From the NCBI GenBank assembly GCA_047651235.1, contig CP178758.1, forward strand, positions 450,001 through 482,000: DNA of 32,000 bases. The letters are read 5' to 3'. Positions 24,649 to 32,000 of the stretch are shown piece by piece. This DNA comes from Candidatus Electrothrix yaqonensis (lineage in GTDB: Bacteria; Desulfobacterota; Desulfobulbia; Desulfobulbales; Desulfobulbaceae). The first letter of the stretch is position 1, and every line of letters begins with the position of its first letter. The notes beneath the pieces were generated by a model that was not told the origin of the DNA, searched no databases, and saw nothing but the letters and a program-made list of their open reading frames with translations. The position numbers were made by a program, and so were the translations under genes.

Positions 24649-26097
24649 ATGAACAACTGCACACCGAACAGCCATATTGTGGATTCCCGCTTTTACAGCG
24701 GCGGCTATACGACCTTGGAGGCCCGTCGGGTTTTCTGCGACCTGCGCCGTTACCAGCACTGGCTTGACGTCGAGGCGGCCCTGGCGCTGGCTCAGGCCGA
24801 GCTGGACATCATTCCCCGATCAGCAGCGAAAAATATCCAACAGAACGCCCGTATCTGCCAGCTGGATCTTGAGGCGATCCGGCAGGGATTACAGGTCACC
24901 AATCATTCCCTGATGCCTCTGCTTGAGGCCCTGCGGACAATCTGCGACAAAGAGGCAGGCCAGTTTATTCATTTCGGGGCCACGACCCAGGATATTCAGG
25001 ATACGGCCCAGGTTCTGGAACTACGCAATGTGCTGGCCATCGTGGAGCGCGATCTGCACAGAATTACCGATCTGCTGATCCGACGGACACAGCAGTACCG
25101 GAATCTGGTGACCATCGGCCGCACCCATTGCCAGCATGCCCTGCCCACAACTATGGGGCTGAAAATGGCCGGATGGCTTGATGAGGTCTGGCGCAGTGTT
25201 GAGCGGCTTGAACAGGTCAAGGAACGGCTCCTGGTCAGTCAGCTGTTCGGCGGGGTGGGCACGATGGATGCCTTCGGGGAAAAGGCCCTGCCCTTGCTGG
25301 AAAAATTTTCCGCCCGCTTGGAACTTGCCGTGCCTAATGTGGCCTGGCATGCCTCCCGTGACCGTTTTGCCGAATTTCTCTCCCTGCTCGCCTTGATCTG
25401 CGGCAGCCTTGCCCGTATTGCCGATGAAATCCGCTGTCTGGCCCGCAATGAAATCCATGAGATGGAAGAACCCTTTCATATGGGCAAGATCGGCAGCAGC
25501 ACAATGCCCCACAAGCGGAATCCGGAGCTGTGCGAACAGGTGGTGGTGCTCTCAAAACTGGTCACCTCCAACGTGTCCTTGGGGTATGAAGGGCTGATCT
25601 GTGAGCATGAACGGGATTACCGCTCGGTCCGGCTGGAATGGGCCGCCCTGACCGACAGCTCGCTATACACCTGCGGGCTGCTTGACCTGATGAAACATAT
25701 CCTGGTTGATATGATGGTCCATGAGGATACGGTACGGAGGAATGTCAACAGGGCTGCGCCGCTGATATCCACCGAGGCCCTGATGTTTTTCCTCGGTCAG
25801 ACCATCGGCAAGCAGAATGCCCATGCCCTAGTCTATGAAGTGGCCATGCAGGCGGTTGCCAGCGACCGGCCGCTCCTTGATATTCTGATGGAACATCCGG
25901 ACATCGTCGGAAACTTCAGCAGAAAGGACGTTGAACAGGCTATTCTGCCGGAAAACCATATCGGTATGTCCCGCCAGCTGACCGACCAGACGGTTTCTTT
26001 TGTGGAAACCCGGCTGCAGCAGCGGCAGACTCCGGCACCGGATGCAGCTGCCTGTCCTTTGTGTACAGAGCAGGAAACCTGTTTGTGCAGGATGTAA
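24649..26097 (+). CDS. Adenylosuccinate lyase / 3-carboxymuconate cycloisomerase family (fumarate-lyase superfamily) protein with Cys-rich C-terminal tail
   Basis: Superfamily signature GSSTMPHKRNPELCEQ (PurB/PcaB-like rather than the ArgH-like GSSIMPQKKNPD as I recall it). N-terminal WLDVEAALALAQAELDIIP and TTQDIQDT motifs. Strong RBS AAGGAG. The tail is AACPLCTEQETCLCRM. Confidence 0.85.
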   Translation: MNNCTPNSHIVDSRFYSGGYTTLEARRVFCDLRRYQHWLDVEAALALAQAELDIIPRSAAKNIQQNARICQLDLEAIRQGLQVTNHSLMPLLEALRTICDKEAGQFIHFGATTQDIQDTAQVLELRNVLAIVERDLHRITDLLIRRTQQYRNLVTIGRTHCQHALPTTMGLKMAGWLDEVWRSVERLEQVKERLLVSQLFGGVGTMDAFGEKALPLLEKFSARLELAVPNVAWHASRDRFAEFLSLLALICGSLARIADEIRCLARNEIHEMEEPFHMGKIGSSTMPHKRNPELCEQVVVLSKLVTSNVSLGYEGLICEHERDYRSVRLEWAALTDSSLYTCGLLDLMKHILVDMMVHEDTVRRNVNRAAPLISTEALMFFLGQTIGKQNAHALVYEVAMQAVASDRPLLDILMEHPDIVGNFSRKDVEQAILPENHIGMSRQLTDQTVSFVETRLQQRQTPAPDAAACPLCTEQETCLCRM

Positions 26098-26165
26098 AAG
26101 AGGCTGCGGAACAGCGAAACCGGGCGGCAGATTTTTACCCGAAGTTCAAAGAAGCAACCGTATCG

Positions 26166-26194
26166 TTGACAAAACAACAAAAGTGCGATATTTA
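26166..26194 (+). promoter_or_regulatory. Candidate sigma70-type promoter
   Basis: Consensus TTGACA (26166-26171), 17 nt, TATTTA (26189-26194). Pattern match only. Confidence 0.35.
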
Positions 26195-26205
26195 TGCCTG
26201 ACTGT

Positions 26206-26242
26206 ACGCTGCAGATCCTGTCAATATGCAGCAGCGTTTTTT
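26206..26242 (+). terminator. Intrinsic-terminator-like hairpin plus T6
   Basis: ACGCTGC (26206-26212) pairs with GCAGCGT (26231-26237) and is followed by a T run to 26242. The loop is 18 nt. An alternative register pairs GCTGCA with TGCAGC. Confidence 0.4.
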
Positions 26243-26361
26243 GCTGGAGGTTGTATTTTTTTTACTCTTTATCGTTTTCTGCGTCTGTTGCAGTTCGCCC
26301 TGCCCGAACATAACAGTGAACATGACAGCCGGAAAATGGAATTGCTCAATGTGGTGATGGT

Positions 26362-26925
26362 ATGTCCAAAAAAACATTTGAAATAACCCCTGGATTCAGT
26401 GCTGAAGTGGTGGCGGAGCCCGAAGGTCAGCATCTGAACTCATGTTTTTCCTGCGGAGCCTGTTCCGGAGCCTGTCCGGTCAGTCAGGCCATTCCAGATT
26501 TCGACCCCCGCAGGATCATCCACATGGTGCGCATGGGTATGGAGGAGCGGCTCCTGCAGTCCGACCTGCTCTGGTACTGCTCCGCGTGCCGCAGCTGCGT
26601 GTTTGTCTGTCCCCAGGAGGTCAGCTTTGCCGATATCATGGGTGCGCTGGCAAAATTGGCCCTGAAGAAGGGGTATGTGACAGAAGAGCAGTTAGTGGAA
26701 AAAGGCAAGGCCGCCCAGGTGCAGCAGGATCGCTGCGTTTCCTGCCTGACCTGCGTCCGGGTCTGCCCGTGGGAAGTGCCCAAAATTGATAAAGGCGGAT
26801 TTGCGGCCATTGATGTCGCTGACTGCAGAGCCTGCGGTATCTGTGTTGCCGAATGTCCTGCCCGGGCCATTACCCTGAATGAATCCGAAGACGAGCGGCT
26901 GATCGCCGCCTGCGGCACCAACTAA
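26362..26925 (+). CDS. Fe-S protein: HdrC-like domain fused to a 2x[4Fe-4S] ferredoxin domain (four Cys clusters)
   Basis: CFSCGACSGACP and CSACRSCVFVCP, with the long helical spacer typical of HdrC-like proteins, followed by CVSCLTCVRVCP and CRACGICVAECP. Confidence 0.8.
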   Translation: MSKKTFEITPGFSAEVVAEPEGQHLNSCFSCGACSGACPVSQAIPDFDPRRIIHMVRMGMEERLLQSDLLWYCSACRSCVFVCPQEVSFADIMGALAKLALKKGYVTEEQLVEKGKAAQVQQDRCVSCLTCVRVCPWEVPKIDKGGFAAIDVADCRACGICVAECPARAITLNESEDERLIAACGTN

Positions 26926-26952
26926 TATTTTAGAGTACATGGAGCGAATTCG

Positions 26953-27360
26953 ATGAATTTTACACCGGATATACGTCTGTTCAGCTGTCATTATACTGCT
27001 CAGCAGGGCTGCGCCGATGAAGGCAAGGAACTGCGGAACCTGAATTTTCCGGAAAATATTATTGTCAACCGGGTGGTCTGCACCGGTAAACTGGAAGAGA
27101 CGACTCTGCTCAAGGCCTTCGAGGACGGGGCTGACGGCGTGTACGTGATAGGCTGCCCGGCAGACGGATGCCATAATGTCAAAGGCAGTCAGCGGGCTGC
27201 CAAGCGGGTGGACGCTGTGCGCTCCGCTCTGGCGGAACTGGGTGAGAACAGCGACAGAATCCGGATGTACCATCTGGAGCGGGGCCTGCATCCGGAATTT
27301 ATTGATGCTGCCCGTGAAATGAATGCGCTGGTCACCGAAATCGGGCCGAGTCCTTTTTGA
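26953..27360 (+). CDS. mvhD: MvhD/FlpD-family protein (methyl-viologen-reducing hydrogenase delta-subunit-like)
   Basis: 135 aa. FSCHYTAQQG...VVCTGKLEETTLLKAFEDGADGVYVIGCPADGCH matches the MvhD pattern. GGAG RBS. Confidence 0.8.
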   Translation: MNFTPDIRLFSCHYTAQQGCADEGKELRNLNFPENIIVNRVVCTGKLEETTLLKAFEDGADGVYVIGCPADGCHNVKGSQRAAKRVDAVRSALAELGENSDRIRMYHLERGLHPEFIDAAREMNALVTEIGPSPF

Positions 27361-27472
27361 TTTTATTTTAAGGAGAAACGACCTGTCCTCCGTCAAAATG
27401 ACTGATGGGATGACGGGAAAATTCTCTGACTTTCTTTAATTCTGTTTACTCTGCTTTTTCGGGAGTTTTTTT

Positions 27473-28141
27473 ATGATTATTGCTGAACGGAAGCCGCTGG
27501 CTGAAATACTGGACATGGTCCGGGACTGCAAAAAAATTCTGGTGCTGGCCTGCCGGGGCTGCGTCACTGTCTGCTCTGCTGGCGGAGAGCGGGAGGCGGA
27601 AATCCTGGCCTTGCTCCTTCGTCTCGGCCTGAAAAAGGCGGGCAAACAGGCTGAGGTCTGTCATGATTCCCTGGTCCGCCAGTGCGACCGGGAATATGTT
27701 GAGGCCATTGATCAGTTCAAGGGCCAGTACGATGCCATTGTCTCCACGGCCTGCGGGGTCGGGGTCAATTTTATCGCCAATCTGCGACCTGAGGATAACG
27801 TGTACCCGGCCCTGAACACCACCTTTTTCGGCGGCTCTGCCGAACAGGGTGTCTGGACCGAACAGTGCGCCGGCTGCGGCGACTGCGTCCTGCATCTGAC
27901 CGGCGGTCTCTGTCCGGTGGCCCGCTGCGCCAAAAGCCTGATGAACGGCCCCTGCGGCGGTTCGGTCAACGGCCGCTGCGAGATCCATCCGGAGGTGGAC
28001 TGCGTCTGGCAGATGATCTATGACCGCATGGGACGCCTAGAGCGCCGGGAAGAAATGACCGCTGCCGCCCCAATCCGTGACTGGTCCACAGCCGGACACG
28101 GCGGCCCTCGGAAACAGGTCCGTGAAGATCTGACCGTGTAG
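27473..28141 (+). CDS. metV: MetV-like protein (methylenetetrahydrofolate reductase C-terminal-domain family, Cys-rich)
   Basis: LVLACRGCVTVC, then CAGCGDCVLHLTGGLCPVARCAKSLMNGPCGGSVNGRCE, the Cys pattern I associate with the small subunit of acetogen-type MTHFR. 222 aa. Confidence 0.75.
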   Translation: MIIAERKPLAEILDMVRDCKKILVLACRGCVTVCSAGGEREAEILALLLRLGLKKAGKQAEVCHDSLVRQCDREYVEAIDQFKGQYDAIVSTACGVGVNFIANLRPEDNVYPALNTTFFGGSAEQGVWTEQCAGCGDCVLHLTGGLCPVARCAKSLMNGPCGGSVNGRCEIHPEVDCVWQMIYDRMGRLERREEMTAAAPIRDWSTAGHGGPRKQVREDLTV

Positions 28142-28182
28142 CAGGGGGCTGAGCAGGCTGCTGTTGTACTGATCTGCAGAAG

Positions 28183-28226
28183 ACAGGAATCCTTCCGGAA
28201 CAGCGGAGAGAATTCCTGTTTTTTTT
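28183..28226 (+). terminator. Rho-independent terminator after the MetV-like gene
   Basis: Perfect 8-bp stem, ACAGGAAT (28183-28190) with ATTCCTGT (28212-28219), immediately followed by a T8 run (to 28226). Confidence 0.75.
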
Positions 28227-28312
28227 GGACTGGCAAAAGTTGAACCGTTGAACCCGGAAGGTGCCGGGTAACTGGCCCTCAATATATTTTCTATTTTCAG
28301 CAGGAGAGGATA

Positions 28313-28882
28313 ATGCGTTTTTGTTTTTTTCCGTCTTCATTCCGGCCCGGTCTGTATGCGGTGGTTTTATCCGCTGCTCTGTTCACCGGTGTGCTGCTTC
28401 CGACCGCCCCTGCTTTCTGCCAGGATGATGCGCCGATCAACATAGAAGCCGACCGGATGGTGTCCCAGGAAGAAAAAAACTCGGTGGTTTTTACCGGCAA
28501 TGTGGATGCCAGTCAGGGAAAAGTCACCATCCGTACTGATGAAATGACCATTTACTATGAACCGGAGAATCCGAAAAAGGGCAAGGATCAGTCGCGCAAG
28601 GTGAAAAAAATGATCTGTATCGGGAACGTGGAAGTCACCCAGGAAGACTGGCTCGGCACCGGTAAACGGATGGATTATTTTGCCGATGAACGCAAGGTGA
28701 TCCTGCAGGGCGATGCCAAAGCGTGGCAGGGGAAAAATATGGTTTCCGGCAGCACTATCACCTATTATCTTGATGAAAAACGCTCTGTTGTTGACCATGC
28801 GGAGGCGACGGCTACAGAAGGGTCGAAGAAACCGGCACGGGTGAAGGCAACCATTATTCCGAAGTCCGGTTCCGGGAAATAG
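28313..28882 (+). CDS. lptA: LPS transport periplasmic protein LptA (OstA-N fold)
   Basis: Signal peptide ending TAPAFC/QDD. INIEADRM...NSVVFTGNVDASQGKVTIRTDEMTIYY and KVILQGDAKAWQGKNMVSGSTITY are beta-jellyroll repeats typical of LptA. Lies directly upstream of lptB. Confidence 0.85.
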   Translation: MRFCFFPSSFRPGLYAVVLSAALFTGVLLPTAPAFCQDDAPINIEADRMVSQEEKNSVVFTGNVDASQGKVTIRTDEMTIYYEPENPKKGKDQSRKVKKMICIGNVEVTQEDWLGTGKRMDYFADERKVILQGDAKAWQGKNMVSGSTITYYLDEKRSVVDHAEATATEGSKKPARVKATIIPKSGSGK

Positions 28883-28884
28883 TA

Positions 28885-29616
28885 ATGCCCGCTGATTCGC
28901 TGCTGGAAATCAGGAATCTGGTCAAGGAATACCGGACCCGCAGGGTGGTGGATCAGGTCAATCTGCAGGTGCGGAACGGCTCCATTGTCGGGCTGCTGGG
29001 ACCGAACGGTGCCGGGAAAACCACCACCTTTTATTCCATTGTCGGTTTTATCCGCCCGACATCCGGTTCCATTTATCTTGACCGCCGGGAAATCAAAGGA
29101 CTTCCCATTCACCAGCGGGCGGCCAGAGGGATTACCTATCTTGCCCAGGAACCCTCAGTGTTCAAGAAGCTGACTGTGGAGGAAAATGTCCGCATTGTCC
29201 TGGAACCGCTGGGCCTGACCCGGAATGAAATCAACAACCGGATTGCAGAGCTGATGGCGGAACTCAAGATAGAGCATCTGGCCAGCAATAAGGGACATGC
29301 CCTTTCCGGCGGGGAACGGCGACGGGTGGAGATCATGCGGGCCCTGGCCACCCGCCCCCGCTTTATTCTGCTTGATGAACCCTTTGCCGGGGTTGATCCG
29401 CTTTCTGTTGTTGATCTGCAGCAGATTATCCGGGGACTGAAGGCCAAGGGGCTTGGTATCCTGATTTCTGACCATAATGTTCGGGAGACGTTGCAGGTAT
29501 GTGACTTCGCCTATATAATGAATGACGGACAGATTCTGACCAGCGGCGCTGCTGAAGATATCATTCAGAGCGAGCTGGCCAGAAAAATGTACCTCGGCGA
29601 AAATTTCACCATGTAG
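28885..29616 (+). CDS. lptB: LPS export ABC transporter ATP-binding protein LptB
   Basis: Walker A GPNGAGKTT, signature LSGGERRRVEI, Walker B FILLDEP. Conserved position between lptA and rpoN. Confidence 0.93.
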   Translation: MPADSLLEIRNLVKEYRTRRVVDQVNLQVRNGSIVGLLGPNGAGKTTTFYSIVGFIRPTSGSIYLDRREIKGLPIHQRAARGITYLAQEPSVFKKLTVEENVRIVLEPLGLTRNEINNRIAELMAELKIEHLASNKGHALSGGERRRVEIMRALATRPRFILLDEPFAGVDPLSVVDLQQIIRGLKAKGLGILISDHNVRETLQVCDFAYIMNDGQILTSGAAEDIIQSELARKMYLGENFTM

Positions 29617-29655
29617 TGCTATGCTGCTTCGGCTGTACCGACACTTTCCGGATCA

Positions 29656-31116
29656 ATGAGCCTTGAACTCCGACAGCAGGTAAAACTTGCCCAGAAGCTG
29701 GTGATGACGCAGCAGCTGCGTCAGGCCATTAAGCTGCTGCAGCTGAACCGCCTGGAGCTGAGCGCGGCTCTGCAGGAGGAGATGGCGCAGAATCCTATGC
29801 TGGAGGAAGCTGTAGGAACACAGGAAAATACCGGCAACCCGGATGACTTGTCGGCCGGGGAGGTCAGGGAGATCGCCGAGGCGTCAGCCACTGATCGGGT
29901 TGCCGGAGATGATCCGAAAACAGTGGCTGAGGTGAATTGGGATGATTACACCAACACCTTCGATTCTGACCTGTCCTTTGCCCGGGAAGCTCCTCCGGCT
30001 GATGCTCCGTCACAGTTTGATTTTATCTCGGCCGCTCCGGGCCTAACCTCCTTTCTGGCATGGCAGCTTACCCATCTCAAACTTGATGAACGCGACCTGG
30101 AAATAGCCCGTTTTATCCTCGGAAATCTAAACGGGCATGGATTTTTCGAGGCGTCGGTGGAGGATATCTGCGCATATGCAGAATGCTCTACAGAAGAAGC
30201 TGAAGGAATGCTGCGCCTAGTCCAGAGTCTTGATCCTCCCGGTATTGCGGCGCGGGACCTCCGGGAGTCTCTGCTCCTCCAGTTAGAGCGGAAAGGAATG
30301 GAGGAAGATCTGGTCTACCGCCTGGTTGCAGAGCATATGGATGAGCTGCAGGCTCATAATTTTTCCCGAATTGCCGCAAAAACAAAATGTCCGCTACGGG
30401 AAGTACGCAAGGCTGTTGACTTTCTTGCCACCCTGACACCTTATCCCGGGAATGAACACAGCAATGAACAGATCCACTATGTTACGCCTGATGTATATCT
30501 GTATAAAGTGGATGATGAATTCATTATCCATCTCAACAATGATGATCTGCCGCAGCTCCAGCTTTCCACCGAATATCAGCAGCTGATCCGGGACAAAAAA
30601 GAAACAAAGGAAACCGGGGACGGCTCCAGAGCATATCTGCTGGAAAAAAAACGTCATGCACAGAACTTTATCAATTCTGTGCAGTATCGGCAGAACTCGA
30701 TCTACAAGGTGATGAAAAGTCTGCTGAAATTTCAGCAGGAGTTTTTCGAGAAAGGACCGGGCCACCTGAAACCGCTTGTGCTCAATGATGTAGCCCAGGA
30801 TATCGGAATGCACGAATCTACAGTCAGCCGGCTTACCTCGAATAAGTACGTTCATACGCCGCAGGGAATTTATGAACTGAAATACTTTTTTTCCAGTGCG
30901 GTCAGAACAACTGACGGAGATACGGTGGCGTCCGAAGCAATAAAAAACCGTATCCGGCAGCTGATCCAGAAAGAAGATTCAGCTAAACCGTTCAGTGACA
31001 GCGCCATTTCTGAGCTGTTAAAGGAAGAGGGATTCAGGGTCGCGCGGCGGACCGTGGCAAAATACAGAGATCAGATGAAAATTATGCCGGTCAAACACCG
31101 CCGAAAAAAACATTGA
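29656..31116 (+). CDS. rpoN: RNA polymerase sigma-54 factor
   Basis: N-terminal Gln/Leu-rich region I (LELRQQVKLAQKLVMTQQLRQAIKLLQL). C-terminal HTH (MHESTVSRLTSNKYV) and RpoN box (ARRTVAKYR). Confidence 0.95.
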   Translation: MSLELRQQVKLAQKLVMTQQLRQAIKLLQLNRLELSAALQEEMAQNPMLEEAVGTQENTGNPDDLSAGEVREIAEASATDRVAGDDPKTVAEVNWDDYTNTFDSDLSFAREAPPADAPSQFDFISAAPGLTSFLAWQLTHLKLDERDLEIARFILGNLNGHGFFEASVEDICAYAECSTEEAEGMLRLVQSLDPPGIAARDLRESLLLQLERKGMEEDLVYRLVAEHMDELQAHNFSRIAAKTKCPLREVRKAVDFLATLTPYPGNEHSNEQIHYVTPDVYLYKVDDEFIIHLNNDDLPQLQLSTEYQQLIRDKKETKETGDGSRAYLLEKKRHAQNFINSVQYRQNSIYKVMKSLLKFQQEFFEKGPGHLKPLVLNDVAQDIGMHESTVSRLTSNKYVHTPQGIYELKYFFSSAVRTTDGDTVASEAIKNRIRQLIQKEDSAKPFSDSAISELLKEEGFRVARRTVAKYRDQMKIMPVKHRRKKH

Positions 31117-31201
31117 TAGATATTAAGATATTGAAATGACCGTATTAAACGCAGCAGCATTTTATTCACAATCTCGGAGCCGCCTGCCGGAGACGGAACA
31201 G

Positions 31202-31642
31202 ATGATGGAATTAGAAGAACAATGCATACTTCTTGAGCTGCAGTCCACGGATAAAGAAAGTCTTCTCGAAGAGATGGCCGGAGCTGTGCAGGAAAAATAT
31301 CCTGCAATGGACAAAAAAACTGTCCGGCAGGTTCTGATGGAGCGGGAGCAGATCGGTTCCACCGGCGTGGGCAACGGTGTAGCTATCCCGCATGGCAAGT
31401 TCTACGGGCTGGAACGGTGCCTGCTCTGCTTCGGCAGATCCGTCCGGGGGATCGCTTTTGATGCCAAGGATAATAAGCCGGTGCATTTTATCATCATGAT
31501 TCTTTCCCCGGTGGATATGGTGGAAGAGTATCTGCAGGTTCTTGCCCGGGTCAGCAGGGTAATGAATAATGCAAAGAACAGAAATCTTTTTCTGCGGGCA
31601 CGCAGTAAAAAGGTAATTCAGCAGCTGTTCATCGATTCCTGA
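31202..31642 (+). CDS. ptsN: PTS IIA-like nitrogen regulatory protein PtsN (EIIA-Ntr)
   Basis: Active-site segment GVGNGVAIPHGK. Located downstream of rpoN. The ATG at 31202 has a GGAGA RBS and gives a typical ~146-aa protein; the track ORF start at 31136 has no RBS. Confidence 0.85.
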   Translation: MMELEEQCILLELQSTDKESLLEEMAGAVQEKYPAMDKKTVRQVLMEREQIGSTGVGNGVAIPHGKFYGLERCLLCFGRSVRGIAFDAKDNKPVHFIIMILSPVDMVEEYLQVLARVSRVMNNAKNRNLFLRARSKKVIQQLFIDS

Positions 31643-31852
31643 ATCGGAGCGCTGACAGCTTCTTTTTTTCCTCTCCCTGCTCGTCCTCTGCAGCGTCATT
31701 TTCCGCAATATCCATTTATTCTCCCTGCCTTTTCTGTCTTCCCGCCGTACTGATGAGTGGTGAAACAGGGGCAGGCAGCCCCGGTGATTTTCTCCCCGTC
31801 GATATCGAACGGCTGGCCAAAAGGCTGACTGCTCCATAACCGTAAAAAAGAT

Positions 31853-31881
31853 TTGACAGAAGCCTGTAATTTTTGTATGTG
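31853..31881 (+). promoter_or_regulatory. Candidate sigma70-type promoter upstream of the last partial gene
   Basis: TTGACA (31853-31858), 17 nt, TATGTG (31876-31881). Pattern match only. Confidence 0.3.
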
Positions 31882-31957
31882 TCTTATCTTTGCCCGTGTC
31901 GTTCTTCTTCTCCAGTTCATCAAATCATTATTTTTCAGAGTTATCAGGAGTTGTTAT

Positions 31958-32000
31958 ATGATTTCGATCGATATTACGGTGTTCATTCATATTATTAATA
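31958..32000 (+). CDS. 5' end of a membrane protein, possibly an F-type ATP synthase b/b'-type subunit (cut by window end)
   Basis: CAGGAG RBS 8 nt upstream of ATG 31958. The 14 visible codons (MISIDITVFIHIIN) are hydrophobic and resemble the N-termini of b/b' subunits as I recall them. Too short to be sure. Confidence 0.3.
   Translation, partial: MISIDITVFIHIIN

Noticed and set aside
27398-27439. A 13-codon mini-ORF (MTDGMTGKFSDFL) in the MvhD-MetV intergenic region, downstream of an AAGGAG.
   Set aside because: The AAGGAG is ~22 nt from the ATG, too far for a functional RBS. There is no leader-peptide logic such as regulatory codon runs or an associated terminator.
28313-31642. The lptA-lptB-rpoN-ptsN block as a candidate finding. 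lptC is not immediately upstream, and no hpf gene lies between rpoN and ptsN.
   Set aside because: This is a widely conserved housekeeping arrangement. Absence of lptC or hpf at these positions is common variation and not evidence of novelty.
1-32000. A search by eye for CRISPR arrays, tRNA/rRNA genes, IS elements or transposases, integrases, and long terminal or tandem repeats.
   Set aside because: I saw no regularly spaced repeats, no tRNA-like T-arm or anticodon contexts, and no transposase or integrase motifs. This visual scan cannot exclude small ncRNAs; tRNA and covariance-model scans would be decisive.

Overview
This 32-kb chromosomal window looks like it comes from a Desulfobacterota (deltaproteobacterial) anaerobe. 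That is an inference from gene content: HdrC/MvhD/MetV-type Fe-S proteins, a NIL-ferredoxin and REC-first hybrid kinases. I recognised no rRNA, tRNA, CRISPR array, transposase or integrase. LEFT HALF (1-18101): on the plus strand, an RND/MMPL-type exporter (5' end cut by the window), a LolA-like periplasmic protein and a MacB/LolE-type FtsX permease converge on a ~13.5-kb run of co-directional minus-strand genes. In transcription order these are a hybrid histidine kinase, an APH-like phosphotransferase, a P-loop kinase, a NIL-ferredoxin, a secreted MsrAB, a GT2, a decayed AT-rich Sir2 gene, a second GT2, a 759-aa methyltransferase with a kinase-like segment and a coiled coil (WbdD-like layout), a divergent AdoMetDC-like pyruvoyl enzyme, and a second RND/MMPL paralog. 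MIDDLE (18102-19101): an AT-rich gene-free stretch followed by a truncated vsr remnant. RIGHT HALF (plus strand): argF, argG, a REC-HisKA-HATPase kinase, a multiply disrupted PHP/DUF3604-like gene, an adenylosuccinate-lyase-family enzyme with a Cys-rich tail, and an HdrC-like::ferredoxin / MvhD / MetV module with no MetF or HdrAB. These are followed by the housekeeping lptA-lptB-rpoN-ptsN block and the first codons of a probable ATP synthase b-type subunit. The best candidates for something undescribed are: (i) the twin-RND + LolA-like + ATPase-less FtsX envelope module, together with the glycosyltransferase / WbdD-like / AdoMetDC-like genes that feed into it; and (ii) the orphan Fe-S/MvhD/MetV module. 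All functional calls rest on motif recognition by eye; no database search was run.
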